From positions 2,251 to 66,250 of the forward strand of contig JBCCYT010000005.1 in assembly GCA_039188975.1 (NCBI GenBank): 64,000 bases of DNA. The letters run 5' to 3'. The stretch's first letter is position 1; each line of letters starts with the position of its first letter. The translations under genes and the position numbers were made by a program. This document shows positions 16,151 through 24,624 of this stretch, one piece after another. Source of the stretch: Actinomycetota bacterium. Its GTDB lineage: Bacteria > Actinomycetota > Acidimicrobiia > Acidimicrobiales > Aldehydirespiratoraceae. Under the pieces are notes generated by a model. It saw only the letters and a program-made list of their open reading frames with translations. It had not been told where the DNA came from and ran no database searches.

Positions 16151-16156
16151 CAACGC

Positions 16157-17257
16157 CTAGAGCGAGAAGTCGATCAGCCCGCGAATGATCTCGCCTTCGT
16201 GCAGGGCCCGGTAGCCCTCGTTGATGTCCTCGAGGGCGTAGGTCTGGGTGACGAGCTCGTCGAGTTTGAGTTTCCCCTGGTCGTAGAGGCGCAGCAGGCG
16301 GGGTATGTCGGCGCGGGGGTTGCAGTAGCCGTAGATCGAGCCGTGGAGATGTTTGCCGCTCATCGCCAAGTCGACGGTGTTGAGGCTGATCTCGTTCTGC
16401 ATCATGTCGCTGAGTGACGTGAGGGTGAGGCCGCCTCCCTTGCCGACCATCGCCATCGCCGGCGCAAACAGGTCAGAGGTTGCGTCGCCGACCGTGATGA
16501 TCACCGAGTTGGCGCCGCGTCCCCACGAGAGTTCATCGACGAGCGGTGCCGCATCCTCGATCGACGCGACCGCATGGGTGGCCCCCATGGTTTGCGCGAA
16601 CTCTCGCTTCATCTCGATGGGGTCGACGGCGATGATGTTGGCGGCGCCGGCCATCGCGGCCCCTTGCACGGCGTTGACGCCAATGCCGCCGGTCCCGATG
16701 ATGACGACCGTGTCTCCCGCCCGAACGTCGGCGACGTTCACGGCTGAACCCCAGCCGGTTGCGACGCCACACGAGCAGAGCGAAACGGCTTCGAGTGGGT
16801 ACCAGTCACCGACCGGCACGATCGAGTTCTCGTGGACGACGGCGTACTCGGAGAAGGTGCCGATACCCGACATCGCTTTGACCGGGCCCCTCGGGCCGAA
16901 GAACTTGTCGGTGCCCGCCATGATCTCTGCGCCGTTGTCGCAGAGGTACTGCATCCCGTCGGCACATGACGGGCAGCGGCCACAGGAGGGAATGAACGAT
17001 GCGGCGACATGATCGCCGACGGCGAACCCACGCACATGGTCGCCGACCGCTTGCACGACGCCGGAGCCCTCGTGTCCGCAGACCATGGGCAGGGCACCAT
17101 CGGTGAAGTCGCCGAGCCGGATGTGTTCGTCGGAGTGGCACAGCCCGGCGTAGCTCATCTTGACGAGAATCTCTTCGGGGCCGGGATCGTTGATCTCGAA
17201 CTCCTCGACGACCCATGGGGCGTTGACCTCGTAGGCGACGGCGGCGCGTGTCTTCAT
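16157..17257 (-). CDS. Zinc-dependent alcohol dehydrogenase (NDMA-dependent ADH-like)
   Basis: Track ORF ends at 17299. I prefer the start at MKTRAAVAYE (ATG 17257). GLCHSDEH zinc site, CGRCPSC structural-zinc Cys cluster and the GTGGIGVNAVQGA Rossmann motif. Confidence 0.88.
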   Translation of the reverse strand: MKTRAAVAYEVNAPWVVEEFEINDPGPEEILVKMSYAGLCHSDEHIRLGDFTDGALPMVCGHEGSGVVQAVGDHVRGFAVGDHVAASFIPSCGRCPSCADGMQYLCDNGAEIMAGTDKFFGPRGPVKAMSGIGTFSEYAVVHENSIVPVGDWYPLEAVSLCSCGVATGWGSAVNVADVRAGDTVVIIGTGGIGVNAVQGAAMAGAANIIAVDPIEMKREFAQTMGATHAVASIEDAAPLVDELSWGRGANSVIITVGDATSDLFAPAMAMVGKGGGLTLTSLSDMMQNEISLNTVDLAMSGKHLHGSIYGYCNPRADIPRLLRLYDQGKLKLDELVTQTYALEDINEGYRALHEGEIIRGLIDFSL

Positions 17258-17316
17258 CGGGCAACGGTACGTGCGAGACCGGGCGGCTGTCACACCCATC
17301 GAGTAGAACTACATCT

Positions 17317-18183
17317 ATGGCATTCGATGGTGAGCGCTCCGAAGCGGTGGTTCCCACCCCGCCGCCGCGCCTGTCGCCGTCTGGTGCCGGGACGTTCGAG
17401 CAGTGTCCTCGCCGGTGGCGGATGCGCTACGTCGAACGGCTTCCCGACCCGCCGGGGGAGGCGGCGCTCGCTGGCAGCTTCGCTCATCGGGTGCTCGAGT
17501 TGTTCATGCAACGAGCTCCGGAGGCGCGCACGGTCGACGCGGCCAAGCTGATCGCTCGCGAGGAATGGCCCGAGGTCGAAGCTGACCCTGATTTCCAGGC
17601 GCTGGGTTATGACGCCGAGCAGGCCAAGCAGTTCCGGTGGAAGTCGTGGATGGCGATCGAGGGGCTGTGGGCTCTCGAAGACCCGAAGCGGGTCGAGGTC
17701 CGAGCGACGGAGCAAGACGTCGAAGCCGATCTGGGTGGCGTGCCGTTCCGGGGGATCGTCGATCGGTTGGACGAGGAGGGCGACGGCCTGGTTGTCACCG
17801 ATTACAAGTCGGGGAAGGCGCCGTCGCCGCGGTACCGGCGGGGCCGGCTCGATCAGGTGCTGTTGTATGCGGCCGCCGTGCAGGAGGCGACGGGCGAGAT
17901 GCCGGTGCATGCTCGGCTGCTGTACCTCGGTCAACGGCCGGTTGGGATCAAGGTGACCCAGGACGAGATCGATGGCGTCGTCGAGAAGCTGGCCGGTACG
18001 TGGTCGGCGATCAACACGGCGTGCGACACCGACGTGTTCGAGCCGCGAACGGGTCCGCTTTGTGGGTGGTGCCCGTATGTCGATCGGTGCCCGGAGGGCA
18101 TGAAAGAGGCCGCAAAACGCCAGGCCCGCCGCGACGCTGAGGCTGCGGCGCTCAACGACTTCGACGAGCGCATGGCGAGCTGA
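17317..18183 (+). CDS. PD-(D/E)XK nuclease, Cas4/AddB-like with a 4-Cys Fe-S cluster signature
   Basis: Track ORF 17248..18183. I prefer ATG 17317 (MAFDGERSE...). One N-terminal Cys (FEQCPRRW), the nuclease core GIVDRLDE...VVTDYKSGK, and a C-terminal CGWCPYVDRC (C-x2-C-x5-C). Confidence 0.8.
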   Translation: MAFDGERSEAVVPTPPPRLSPSGAGTFEQCPRRWRMRYVERLPDPPGEAALAGSFAHRVLELFMQRAPEARTVDAAKLIAREEWPEVEADPDFQALGYDAEQAKQFRWKSWMAIEGLWALEDPKRVEVRATEQDVEADLGGVPFRGIVDRLDEEGDGLVVTDYKSGKAPSPRYRRGRLDQVLLYAAAVQEATGEMPVHARLLYLGQRPVGIKVTQDEIDGVVEKLAGTWSAINTACDTDVFEPRTGPLCGWCPYVDRCPEGMKEAAKRQARRDAEAAALNDFDERMAS

Positions 18184-18258
18184 CCAGCTCGCCGGTGGTG
18201 CTGCGAGCTGACCAGCTCGCCGGTGGTGCTGCGAGCTGACCAGCTCGCCGGTGGTGCT
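18175..18258. repeat. Three perfect tandem copies of a 28-bp unit, each containing a 7-bp-stem hairpin
   Basis: Unit GCGAGCTGACCAGCTCGCCGGTGGTGCT at 18175-18202, 18203-18230 and 18231-18258. GCGAGCT-GACC-AGCTCGC is self-complementary. Copy 1 contains the last two codons and the TGA of the nuclease gene. Confidence 0.95.
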
Positions 18259-18263
18259 GTGCG

Positions 18264-18569
18264 TTACTGGCTGCGTCGGCGCTGGTGGCGTTTCCAGAAC
18301 CAGCGAAGGGTGAGCAGGCTGATGAGGCCGCCGATGGCGGCGCCCATGCCGGTGCTGATGACGAGCGAGTCTGGCACGGGGTCGGCGGGGGCGGGGGTGA
18401 CGCCGACGGCGGGCGGTGGGTCATCGGTGGTTGCCCGCGAGGTGACCCCATCCAGAGAGCTTGGTGCTGCGGCCTCGGGGGTGGTGTCGCCGAGGAGGGC
18501 GTCGACCGGCGCCGGGTCGGCGCTGGCCGGTTTCGGGCGGCGCCGGTTGGCTTGGGGGTCATACGTCAT
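18264..18569 (-). CDS. Small proline/alanine-rich tail-anchored membrane protein
   Basis: In-frame ATG 18569 within track ORF 18264..18893; the upstream part of that ORF is shadow sequence over parA. 101 aa: MTYDPQANRRRPKP..., a P/A/D-rich linker, TM LVISTGMGAAIGGLISLLTLRWFW, then KRHQRRRSQ. Strong G/C third-position bias. The start overlaps the ParA stop by 11 nt. Confidence 0.55.
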   Translation of the reverse strand: MTYDPQANRRRPKPASADPAPVDALLGDTTPEAAAPSSLDGVTSRATTDDPPPAVGVTPAPADPVPDSLVISTGMGAAIGGLISLLTLRWFWKRHQRRRSQ

Positions 18570-19377
18570 GAGATGCCTCCGGTGGGTTGGCCACGAAGAA
18601 CTCGGGGACGACGGTTGAGAAGAGCTTGTCGATTTCGGTGGCGGCTTCGGCGGCGCCGGGTCGAGGGCCGAGGGCGTGGATCGGCATCGAGGCGGCGGAG
18701 GCCTCTGGGATGGCGGCGCGCAGGTGGATCGGGTCGAGGACGAGTTCGCCGTGGTCGGCTTTGAGCTGTTCGTACCAGTAGGTGTTGTCGCGGGTGCGGC
18801 CGAGCCGGTTGACTGCGACCCCGGCGAGTGTGAGCGCGCCGGGTTCGCGGCGAACGGCGATGCGTTCGACGGTGCGCATGATTTGGGTGACACCGTCAGA
18901 TGCCCATGCTCCGGGTTCGGTGACGACGAGGGCTCGGTCGGCGGCGAAGAGCCCGTTGACGGTCAGCAGGCCGAGCGATGGGGGGCAGTCGATCAAAACG
19001 AGTTCGTGTCCGACGCCGTGAAGCGCCATCGCCAGGCGATCGTTGGCGCCGATGGGGTCGGTGAGGAGCTGCGATTCTCGGGTTGCGAGGGCCGGGGTTG
19101 CGGGTACGACCGATGGGGGGCGGACGCCGTCGGGTTCGGTGGGCCATGCGCTGGCGACTCGCAGCCCGTTGATCGACCCGGTTCGTTCCTCGGCCAGGGC
19201 TTGGTCGACGGAGAACGGTGGCTCCCAGACACCGAGTCCGGTGGTGGCGTTGCCTTGTGGGTCGAGATCGATCACCAAGGTGTCGATGCCGCTCGCCCAT
19301 GCGCTGGCGGCGAGTCCGAGCGTGATCGTGGTCTTGCCCACCCCACCTTTTTGGTTCACCACGGCGACGACGGGCAT
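18559..19377 (-). CDS. ParA/Soj-family P-loop ATPase (orphan; no ParB gene in the window)
   Basis: 272-aa ORF. Deviant Walker A NQKGGVGKTT, plus DLDPQGN and LIDCPPSLG blocks. Confidence 0.9.
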   Translation of the reverse strand: MPVVAVVNQKGGVGKTTITLGLAASAWASGIDTLVIDLDPQGNATTGLGVWEPPFSVDQALAEERTGSINGLRVASAWPTEPDGVRPPSVVPATPALATRESQLLTDPIGANDRLAMALHGVGHELVLIDCPPSLGLLTVNGLFAADRALVVTEPGAWASDGVTQIMRTVERIAVRREPGALTLAGVAVNRLGRTRDNTYWYEQLKADHGELVLDPIHLRAAIPEASAASMPIHALGPRPGAAEAATEIDKLFSTVVPEFFVANPPEASHDV

Positions 19378-19449
19378 GCCGTCACCGTAGCGGGCCTCGA
19401 CCGATCGGAGTGCGACGTGATGGCCGGGCGGGGTGTGGTCGCGGTGGGT

Positions 19450-20880
19450 TCAGGCGAACAGTTCGGTGATGACGGTCCCACCGTTGGGGAGAACGAGGTT
19501 GGCATCGATGCCGAGCCATCCCTCGGCGATTGTGGCGTAGTAGTCGTCGAGCATCGTGGTGGCGATGAGGTTGCCGTCGTCGTCGAGTCGTTCGATGGGT
19601 GGTGCGTCGCCGAAGAGGCCGGGGTTGACGGGGCCGCTGAGCAGTGCTGGCCCTGCGGTTCCATGGTCGGTTCCGGACTGGTTTTCTTCGGGGCGTCGCC
19701 CGAATTCGCTGGTGGTGAGGGTCAGTGTCTTGTCGGCCAGGCCTCGAGCAGCGAGGTCGTCGTGAAAGGCCGCGAGGGACGGACCGAGGTTTCGCATCAG
19801 GTCGTCGTGGCCGTACATCTGGCTGTCGTGGGTGTCGAAGCCGCCGAGCTCGACGTGGATGACTCGTACCCCCGTGTCACTGGCGAGGAGACCGGCTGCG
19901 ATCTGGAGTTGGAAGGCCAGGTCGGTTTCGGGGTAGCCCTTGGCTTCGCGTCCGGTTTGGCCGCTGTCGTCTTGGGCGTAGACCGCTTCGGCTTCGCCTT
20001 GCAGCGATTCGAGGAGTTCTCCGAACGCCAGGGCGTCGCTCAGGCCGGTGCGGGCGATGCCGAGGCGACCAGTGCCGGTTCCGTCGGCTGACATGGAGCG
20101 AAGCCCGCGACGGAGGTTTTGGAACCAGGCGTCGTCTTCGCCGAGAAACCAACCGGCCCAGGGGTCGGGGATGCCGATCGTTGTTGCTTTTTCGGCGGTG
20201 AGAAACGGTGAGGCGGCCTGGCCGACGGTGACGCCGGTGATGGATCCGGGGGCGGCGAGTTCGTCGCACAGTCGACCGAGGAAGCCGGTTCGAATGCTGA
20301 GGTCGCCGGAGCTGTCGCCTTGCCACCAGCGGGTCTCCATCTCGAAGTGGGAGCCGTCGGGAACCGCGGTACCGATCCCTTGTACTACGGCGAGCCCTCG
20401 ATCCCGGAGGCCGGTGAGTTCCCCGTGGAGCTGGGTGCCGGGGACAAAGTCGGCGAGCGCCGTGTCTGCATTGAGCAGCGATGGTCGGAGGTCGCGGAGG
20501 CGGCCCGATTCGGGAACCACGGTGGCGAGCCCGTCGTTGCCGCCCCGGAGTTCGACGACGACCAGCATCCGGCCGGCGACGTCGGCCGACGGCGCGCCGC
20601 TGGCGACGACGGCGGGCGCGGGGATTGTGGGAGCGGAGCTCGGGCCGAGGCCGGGAAACGCACGGGGGTCTCCGTTGCCGGCGGTGAACGCCCGGTAGCC
20701 GCCCGCGGCGAGCACGCCCCCGACGCCGAGCATGGCGAGAAGTTGCCGTCGGGTCGGGCGAGACCGGCCGGTCCCCGCTCCACCCGGCGCGGGCGGAATG
20801 GCGGGCGGGGCGGAAACCGGCGCGGCGATCTCGGGTGCAGGACGTTCGGAGGGGTTCGGGAAACCAGGAGGCAGGGTCAT
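19450..20880 (-). CDS. DUF1501-family protein with twin-arginine signal
   Basis: 476-aa ORF. TRRQLLAMLGVGGVLAAGG Tat-type signal. VVELRGGNDGL and GGFDTHD blocks, plus C-terminal SEFGRRP...GTDHG, as in DUF1501 (sulfatase-fold) proteins. Confidence 0.85.
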   Translation of the reverse strand: MTLPPGFPNPSERPAPEIAAPVSAPPAIPPAPGGAGTGRSRPTRRQLLAMLGVGGVLAAGGYRAFTAGNGDPRAFPGLGPSSAPTIPAPAVVASGAPSADVAGRMLVVVELRGGNDGLATVVPESGRLRDLRPSLLNADTALADFVPGTQLHGELTGLRDRGLAVVQGIGTAVPDGSHFEMETRWWQGDSSGDLSIRTGFLGRLCDELAAPGSITGVTVGQAASPFLTAEKATTIGIPDPWAGWFLGEDDAWFQNLRRGLRSMSADGTGTGRLGIARTGLSDALAFGELLESLQGEAEAVYAQDDSGQTGREAKGYPETDLAFQLQIAAGLLASDTGVRVIHVELGGFDTHDSQMYGHDDLMRNLGPSLAAFHDDLAARGLADKTLTLTTSEFGRRPEENQSGTDHGTAGPALLSGPVNPGLFGDAPPIERLDDDGNLIATTMLDDYYATIAEGWLGIDANLVLPNGGTVITELFA

Positions 20881-20920
20881 GGCGGGGCTTTCGGCTCGGG
20901 CGGGGTGGCGGATGGGAGGG

Positions 20921-22312
20921 TCAGGCGAGGGCGAATTCGGGGGAGCACAGCGTCAGCGCGAAGAGCAGTTCCAGACCGGAGTCGAACTCGGTTTGGCGCT
21001 GGATTGCGTCGTCGAGCGTGGTTCGGGTCTCGGGTGAGATGTCCCACAGTGAGCATCGGGCGAGAACTGCGTCGACGGTTGGTTCGATCGATGTGTCGAA
21101 CGAGTCATCCCATGACCGGTCGAGGACTCGATTCACTCGTGCGAGGATCTGGCTGGCGCCGAGCCATCGATCGTCGTCAGGCCAACCGGCGACGTTTGGC
21201 GGTGAGAACGGCACTTGGCCGGCGACGTAGAGCTGCCACGTGTCGATCGGGGAGTCGGTTGCACCGAGGGCCGACAGTGCGCCGATCAGCCACTCGACGG
21301 GTTGACGTGGTCGGCTGCGGCGAGAGGTTCGGAAGCCGTCGCTTCGAACGATGGCGGCGACCAGTGGTGCGATCTCCAAGTCGGCGGTTCGAAAGACCCG
21401 GCCGAGGCGGCCCGCCTCGTCGTCGGTTGGCTCGACACCGACGAGATGCCGGTACAGGCGGGTTGCGACATGCGTTGCGCAGGCGGGGTGGTCACAGACG
21501 GCGTCGACGAGTTCATCGAGTCCGAATCGCGCTCGCGTCCCGAGGAACGAAACCGGACGGCGGTAGTGGGTGTCGGGCTCGAAGTACGCTGCTTTGGTGT
21601 CCCAGTCGACATGCCAGCCAGAGAGGGCGCGGGCTGCGGCCTTCACGTCGTCTTCGGTGTAGTTGCCGACGCCGAGGGTGAACAGCTCCAGCGTCTCCCG
21701 CCCGAGGTTCTCGTTCGGGTTGTCGCCGTTGGAACCGGCGCCGTCGAGGTAGAGCAGCATCAAGGGGTCTTGCAGCATCGCCCGGGTCAGGTCGCGGAAG
21801 TTGCCGAGGGCGTGGCGCCGCACGATGAGGTGGTGGTTCCACACCATTTCCGACTCGCCGGAGTGGATGTGGGCGGTGAAGTGGCCGTGCCAGTACCAGA
21901 CCATGCGTTCGTGCAGCGCCGCGTCGGGGTGGCGGAGCTGGGCGAGCCACCACTGCAGGACGTCTTCGTCTTCGAGGCGAGGCGTGCCGTCGTCGTTGGT
22001 TTGCGGTTGCACGGACTCGCCGGTGCGTTCTGCTTCGAGCCGGGCCCGCAAGCCATACGGCGGTTGAAGCCCGCTGGGGGTGGCCACGCCGGATCGGCGG
22101 GCGGCGTGGTCAGCGGTGTCGCCGAGCAGGTCATCGACGATGTCGTCGTACGAGCGGACGGCGAGGCGTTCGACCTGGCGGGCGGCGGGTCCGAAGGTGG
22201 TCCGCCGCAGCAGGTGGGCGATGGCCTCTCGGTGCTCGATCTCGTCAGCGGTGAGGTTCATGGCTGGACCGTACGAATCGACGCGTGATCTGAACGTGAA
22301 GCCGTCCTTCAT
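20921..22312 (-). CDS. DUF1800-family protein
   Basis: 463-aa ORF. HLLRRTTFGP near the N-terminus and the HWHGHFT block are typical of DUF1800, the usual partner of DUF1501. The alternative start ATG 22261 (MNLTADEIEH) would leave a more normal divergent promoter region. Confidence 0.85.
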   Translation of the reverse strand: MKDGFTFRSRVDSYGPAMNLTADEIEHREAIAHLLRRTTFGPAARQVERLAVRSYDDIVDDLLGDTADHAARRSGVATPSGLQPPYGLRARLEAERTGESVQPQTNDDGTPRLEDEDVLQWWLAQLRHPDAALHERMVWYWHGHFTAHIHSGESEMVWNHHLIVRRHALGNFRDLTRAMLQDPLMLLYLDGAGSNGDNPNENLGRETLELFTLGVGNYTEDDVKAAARALSGWHVDWDTKAAYFEPDTHYRRPVSFLGTRARFGLDELVDAVCDHPACATHVATRLYRHLVGVEPTDDEAGRLGRVFRTADLEIAPLVAAIVRSDGFRTSRRSRPRQPVEWLIGALSALGATDSPIDTWQLYVAGQVPFSPPNVAGWPDDDRWLGASQILARVNRVLDRSWDDSFDTSIEPTVDAVLARCSLWDISPETRTTLDDAIQRQTEFDSGLELLFALTLCSPEFALA

Positions 22313-22346
22313 GACAGCTTCATCTCACGCGGGCCACACTGGTGCG

Positions 22347-23039
22347 GTGCGGTTGCTACTTGTCGAGGACGACGTCTCGTTGGCCACGGTGGTGGAACGG
22401 GGCCTTCGCGAAGATGGCTATGCGGTCGACGTGAGCGGCTCGATGATCGATGCGCTCCATCAGCTGCAGAGCAACGAGTACGACCTTGCAGTCCTGGACC
22501 TTGGCCTACCGGATGGCGACGGGATGCAGATCTGTCGTCACATCCGCAGCGGTTCTGGCGCTGCCTCGCCGCACCTGCCGGTGTTGATGCTCACGGCCCG
22601 CGACGGTCTGTCCGACAAGGTCGAGGGTCTCGATGCGGGCGCCGACGATTATCTCACCAAGCCGTTCGACTATCCCGAACTGACCGCTCGACTCCGGGCC
22701 CTGCTGCGTCGCCCCGCCAGCAGCCACGCCCCGGTCCTGACGGTTGGCGATGTCACGCTCGACCCGGCGGCAAGGGTTGTGCGGCGAGCTGCGATCACGG
22801 TGCCGTTGACGGCGCGAGAGTTTGCTCTGCTCGAGTTCTTGATGCGACATGCCGATGAAGTCGTGCGGCGCGAGACCCTGCTCGAACATGTCTGGGACGC
22901 AAACTATGACGGTCTCTCGAACGTGGTCGACGTCCACATCGCCAACCTTCGGCGCAAATTGGCACTCGACGGCGCCCACGATCCGGTGGAGACGGTCCGA
23001 GGCGTCGGGTACCGGATGATTGCCGAGGCGACCGGATGA
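22347..23039 (+). CDS. OmpR-family response regulator
   Basis: Track ORF 22080..23039. The receiver domain begins at in-frame GTG 22347 (VRLLLVEDD). DLAVLDLGLPDGDG phospho-acceptor region. C-terminal winged helix LTAREFALLEFLM...VRGVGYR. Confidence 0.9.
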   Translation: MRLLLVEDDVSLATVVERGLREDGYAVDVSGSMIDALHQLQSNEYDLAVLDLGLPDGDGMQICRHIRSGSGAASPHLPVLMLTARDGLSDKVEGLDAGADDYLTKPFDYPELTARLRALLRRPASSHAPVLTVGDVTLDPAARVVRRAAITVPLTAREFALLEFLMRHADEVVRRETLLEHVWDANYDGLSNVVDVHIANLRRKLALDGAHDPVETVRGVGYRMIAEATG

Positions 23040-24229
23040 ACCTGCAGCGCACCCGAGTCCAGCTGACCTTGCTGTACAGCGTGTTGACCGCACTCGCGGT
23101 TGGGGCGATTGGATGGTACGCGGTTCGAGAGGCGACCGATCGCATCGAGGATTCGGCCGAGCGCGAAGCGGAGTCGGTGATTCGTGACGTCACCCTCGAC
23201 TGGCCGGCGTTCGACGGTACTGGCCCGGGGAACACGTGGCTGGTGAATGTCGTCGATCGGTGGTCCAACCCGGTCGGCGACACGTGGATCGAGCCGCCGC
23301 TGTTCACGATTGCGGACAACAGTTGGGGTCGGCCGACCTTCGACGAGTTCGATTTCGACGGGGTCACTTACCTGTCGTACGCCGTTCCGATTCCGGTGGA
23401 GGAGGGGGAGGAGTGGCGCGAAGCGTTCGTGACGACGGTCGAGTTGACGCCCTTTCGTGAGGACGCATCCTCGATCCGCTTCCGCATCTGGCTTGCGGCC
23501 ATCGGTTCGATCCTCGTTGCGAGCGCGGCGGGCTATTGGGTTGCTGGGCGTTCGCTCGCGCCCGCCCGCTTCGCGATGCGACAGCAACGAGATTTCATCG
23601 CTGACGCGGCCCACGAGTTGCGCACGCCCCTTGCGGTGATTCAGGCGTCGGCGAGCCATACCCTCTCGCGTGAACGAGAGGGCGGTGCGTACCGCGAGTC
23701 GCTCGAAGAGATTCGAGAAGCGGCGCAACGGGCCGGAGTTGGGGTCGCGGAGTTGCTCGAGCTGGCCCGGCTCGAAGCTGGTCAGGCATCGCTGCGCAAG
23801 GCGCCGCTGCGGCTGGATCTTCTCGCCGAGGAGGTCGCAGCGGGGATCCGGGTCGATGGCACGATCGTCGAAGCGCAGCCGACCGGTGCGTTGGTGATCG
23901 ACGCGGACTACGGGATGATCCGTCAGTCGGTCGAGACCTTGACCAACAACGCCGTTGCTCGATCCCAGCACGTGTGGTTGTCGACCGGCGATGTCGACAA
24001 GTGGGCGGTGATCGATATCGCCGATGACGGCCCCGGCTTCGACCCCGACATCTTGCCGCACGTGTTCGACCGGTTCCGGCGTGGTGACAGCCGAGGGTCG
24101 AGCGGCCTCGGCCTGGCGATCGCCAACACGATCGTCACTGCGCACAACGGCCGAATCGAGGTGTCGAATCGCAGCGAGGGCGGCGCACTCGTGCGGGTGA
24201 TGCTGCCGGTTGGGTCAGGCCGCGTCTGA
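23036..24229 (+). CDS. Sensor histidine kinase (two TM segments, HisKA plus HATPase_c)
   Basis: 397-aa ORF whose start overlaps the regulator stop (ATGA). H-box AAHELRTPL, N-box region, DDGPGFD and GSSGLGLAIA. Confidence 0.9.
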   Translation: MNLQRTRVQLTLLYSVLTALAVGAIGWYAVREATDRIEDSAEREAESVIRDVTLDWPAFDGTGPGNTWLVNVVDRWSNPVGDTWIEPPLFTIADNSWGRPTFDEFDFDGVTYLSYAVPIPVEEGEEWREAFVTTVELTPFREDASSIRFRIWLAAIGSILVASAAGYWVAGRSLAPARFAMRQQRDFIADAAHELRTPLAVIQASASHTLSREREGGAYRESLEEIREAAQRAGVGVAELLELARLEAGQASLRKAPLRLDLLAEEVAAGIRVDGTIVEAQPTGALVIDADYGMIRQSVETLTNNAVARSQHVWLSTGDVDKWAVIDIADDGPGFDPDILPHVFDRFRRGDSRGSSGLGLAIANTIVTAHNGRIEVSNRSEGGALVRVMLPVGSGRV

Positions 24230-24523
24230 TCGGGTCGCGACCCGCACGATGTCGTCGAGGGCGTCGACGAGGTCGGGGTTGTTGAGGAACAGCGCTTGCG
24301 CTTCGGGGCAGGCCCACGGGGAGCACAGCGCCTCGGCGGGAAGCCCGGCTCGCACCCAGGCGGTGGCGATTCGCCGGATGGCGCCGTCGACCGACGGATC
24401 CGCGGCGGTGACCGTGGCGCCGGCCATTGCCTCGATGTCCCAGTCGGCGGAGGTGACCATGGGGCCGCGCACGAGGTCCAGGCGATAGCGGATCGCTTCA
24501 GCGGCAATCTTCGCGTGGTTCAC
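24215..24523 (-). CDS. Small hypothetical protein
   Basis: Track ORF 24215..24682 overlaps the ferrochelatase 3' end, so I place the start at in-frame GTG 24523 (VNHAKIAAEAIRYRLDL...). Strong G/C third-position bias. I recognise no family. The 3' end overlaps the convergent kinase gene by 15 nt. Confidence 0.5.
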   Translation of the reverse strand: MNHAKIAAEAIRYRLDLVRGPMVTSADWDIEAMAGATVTAADPSVDGAIRRIATAWVRAGLPAEALCSPWACPEAQALFLNNPDLVDALDDIVRVATRSDAA

Positions 24524-24624
24524 CGGCCCGTTTCCTCCCGACCCGCACCACAGTAGAAAGCCTCGACGCGGTCCGGGTGGATCCCCTCGCGCGGTACGCG
24601 CGCTCGTGCGCGCGAGACGCGCGA

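Noticed and set aside
18175-18258. Possible mini CRISPR array (28-bp repeat x3)
   Set aside because: The units are directly adjacent with no spacers, there are no cas genes in the window, and the first unit is part of a coding sequence.
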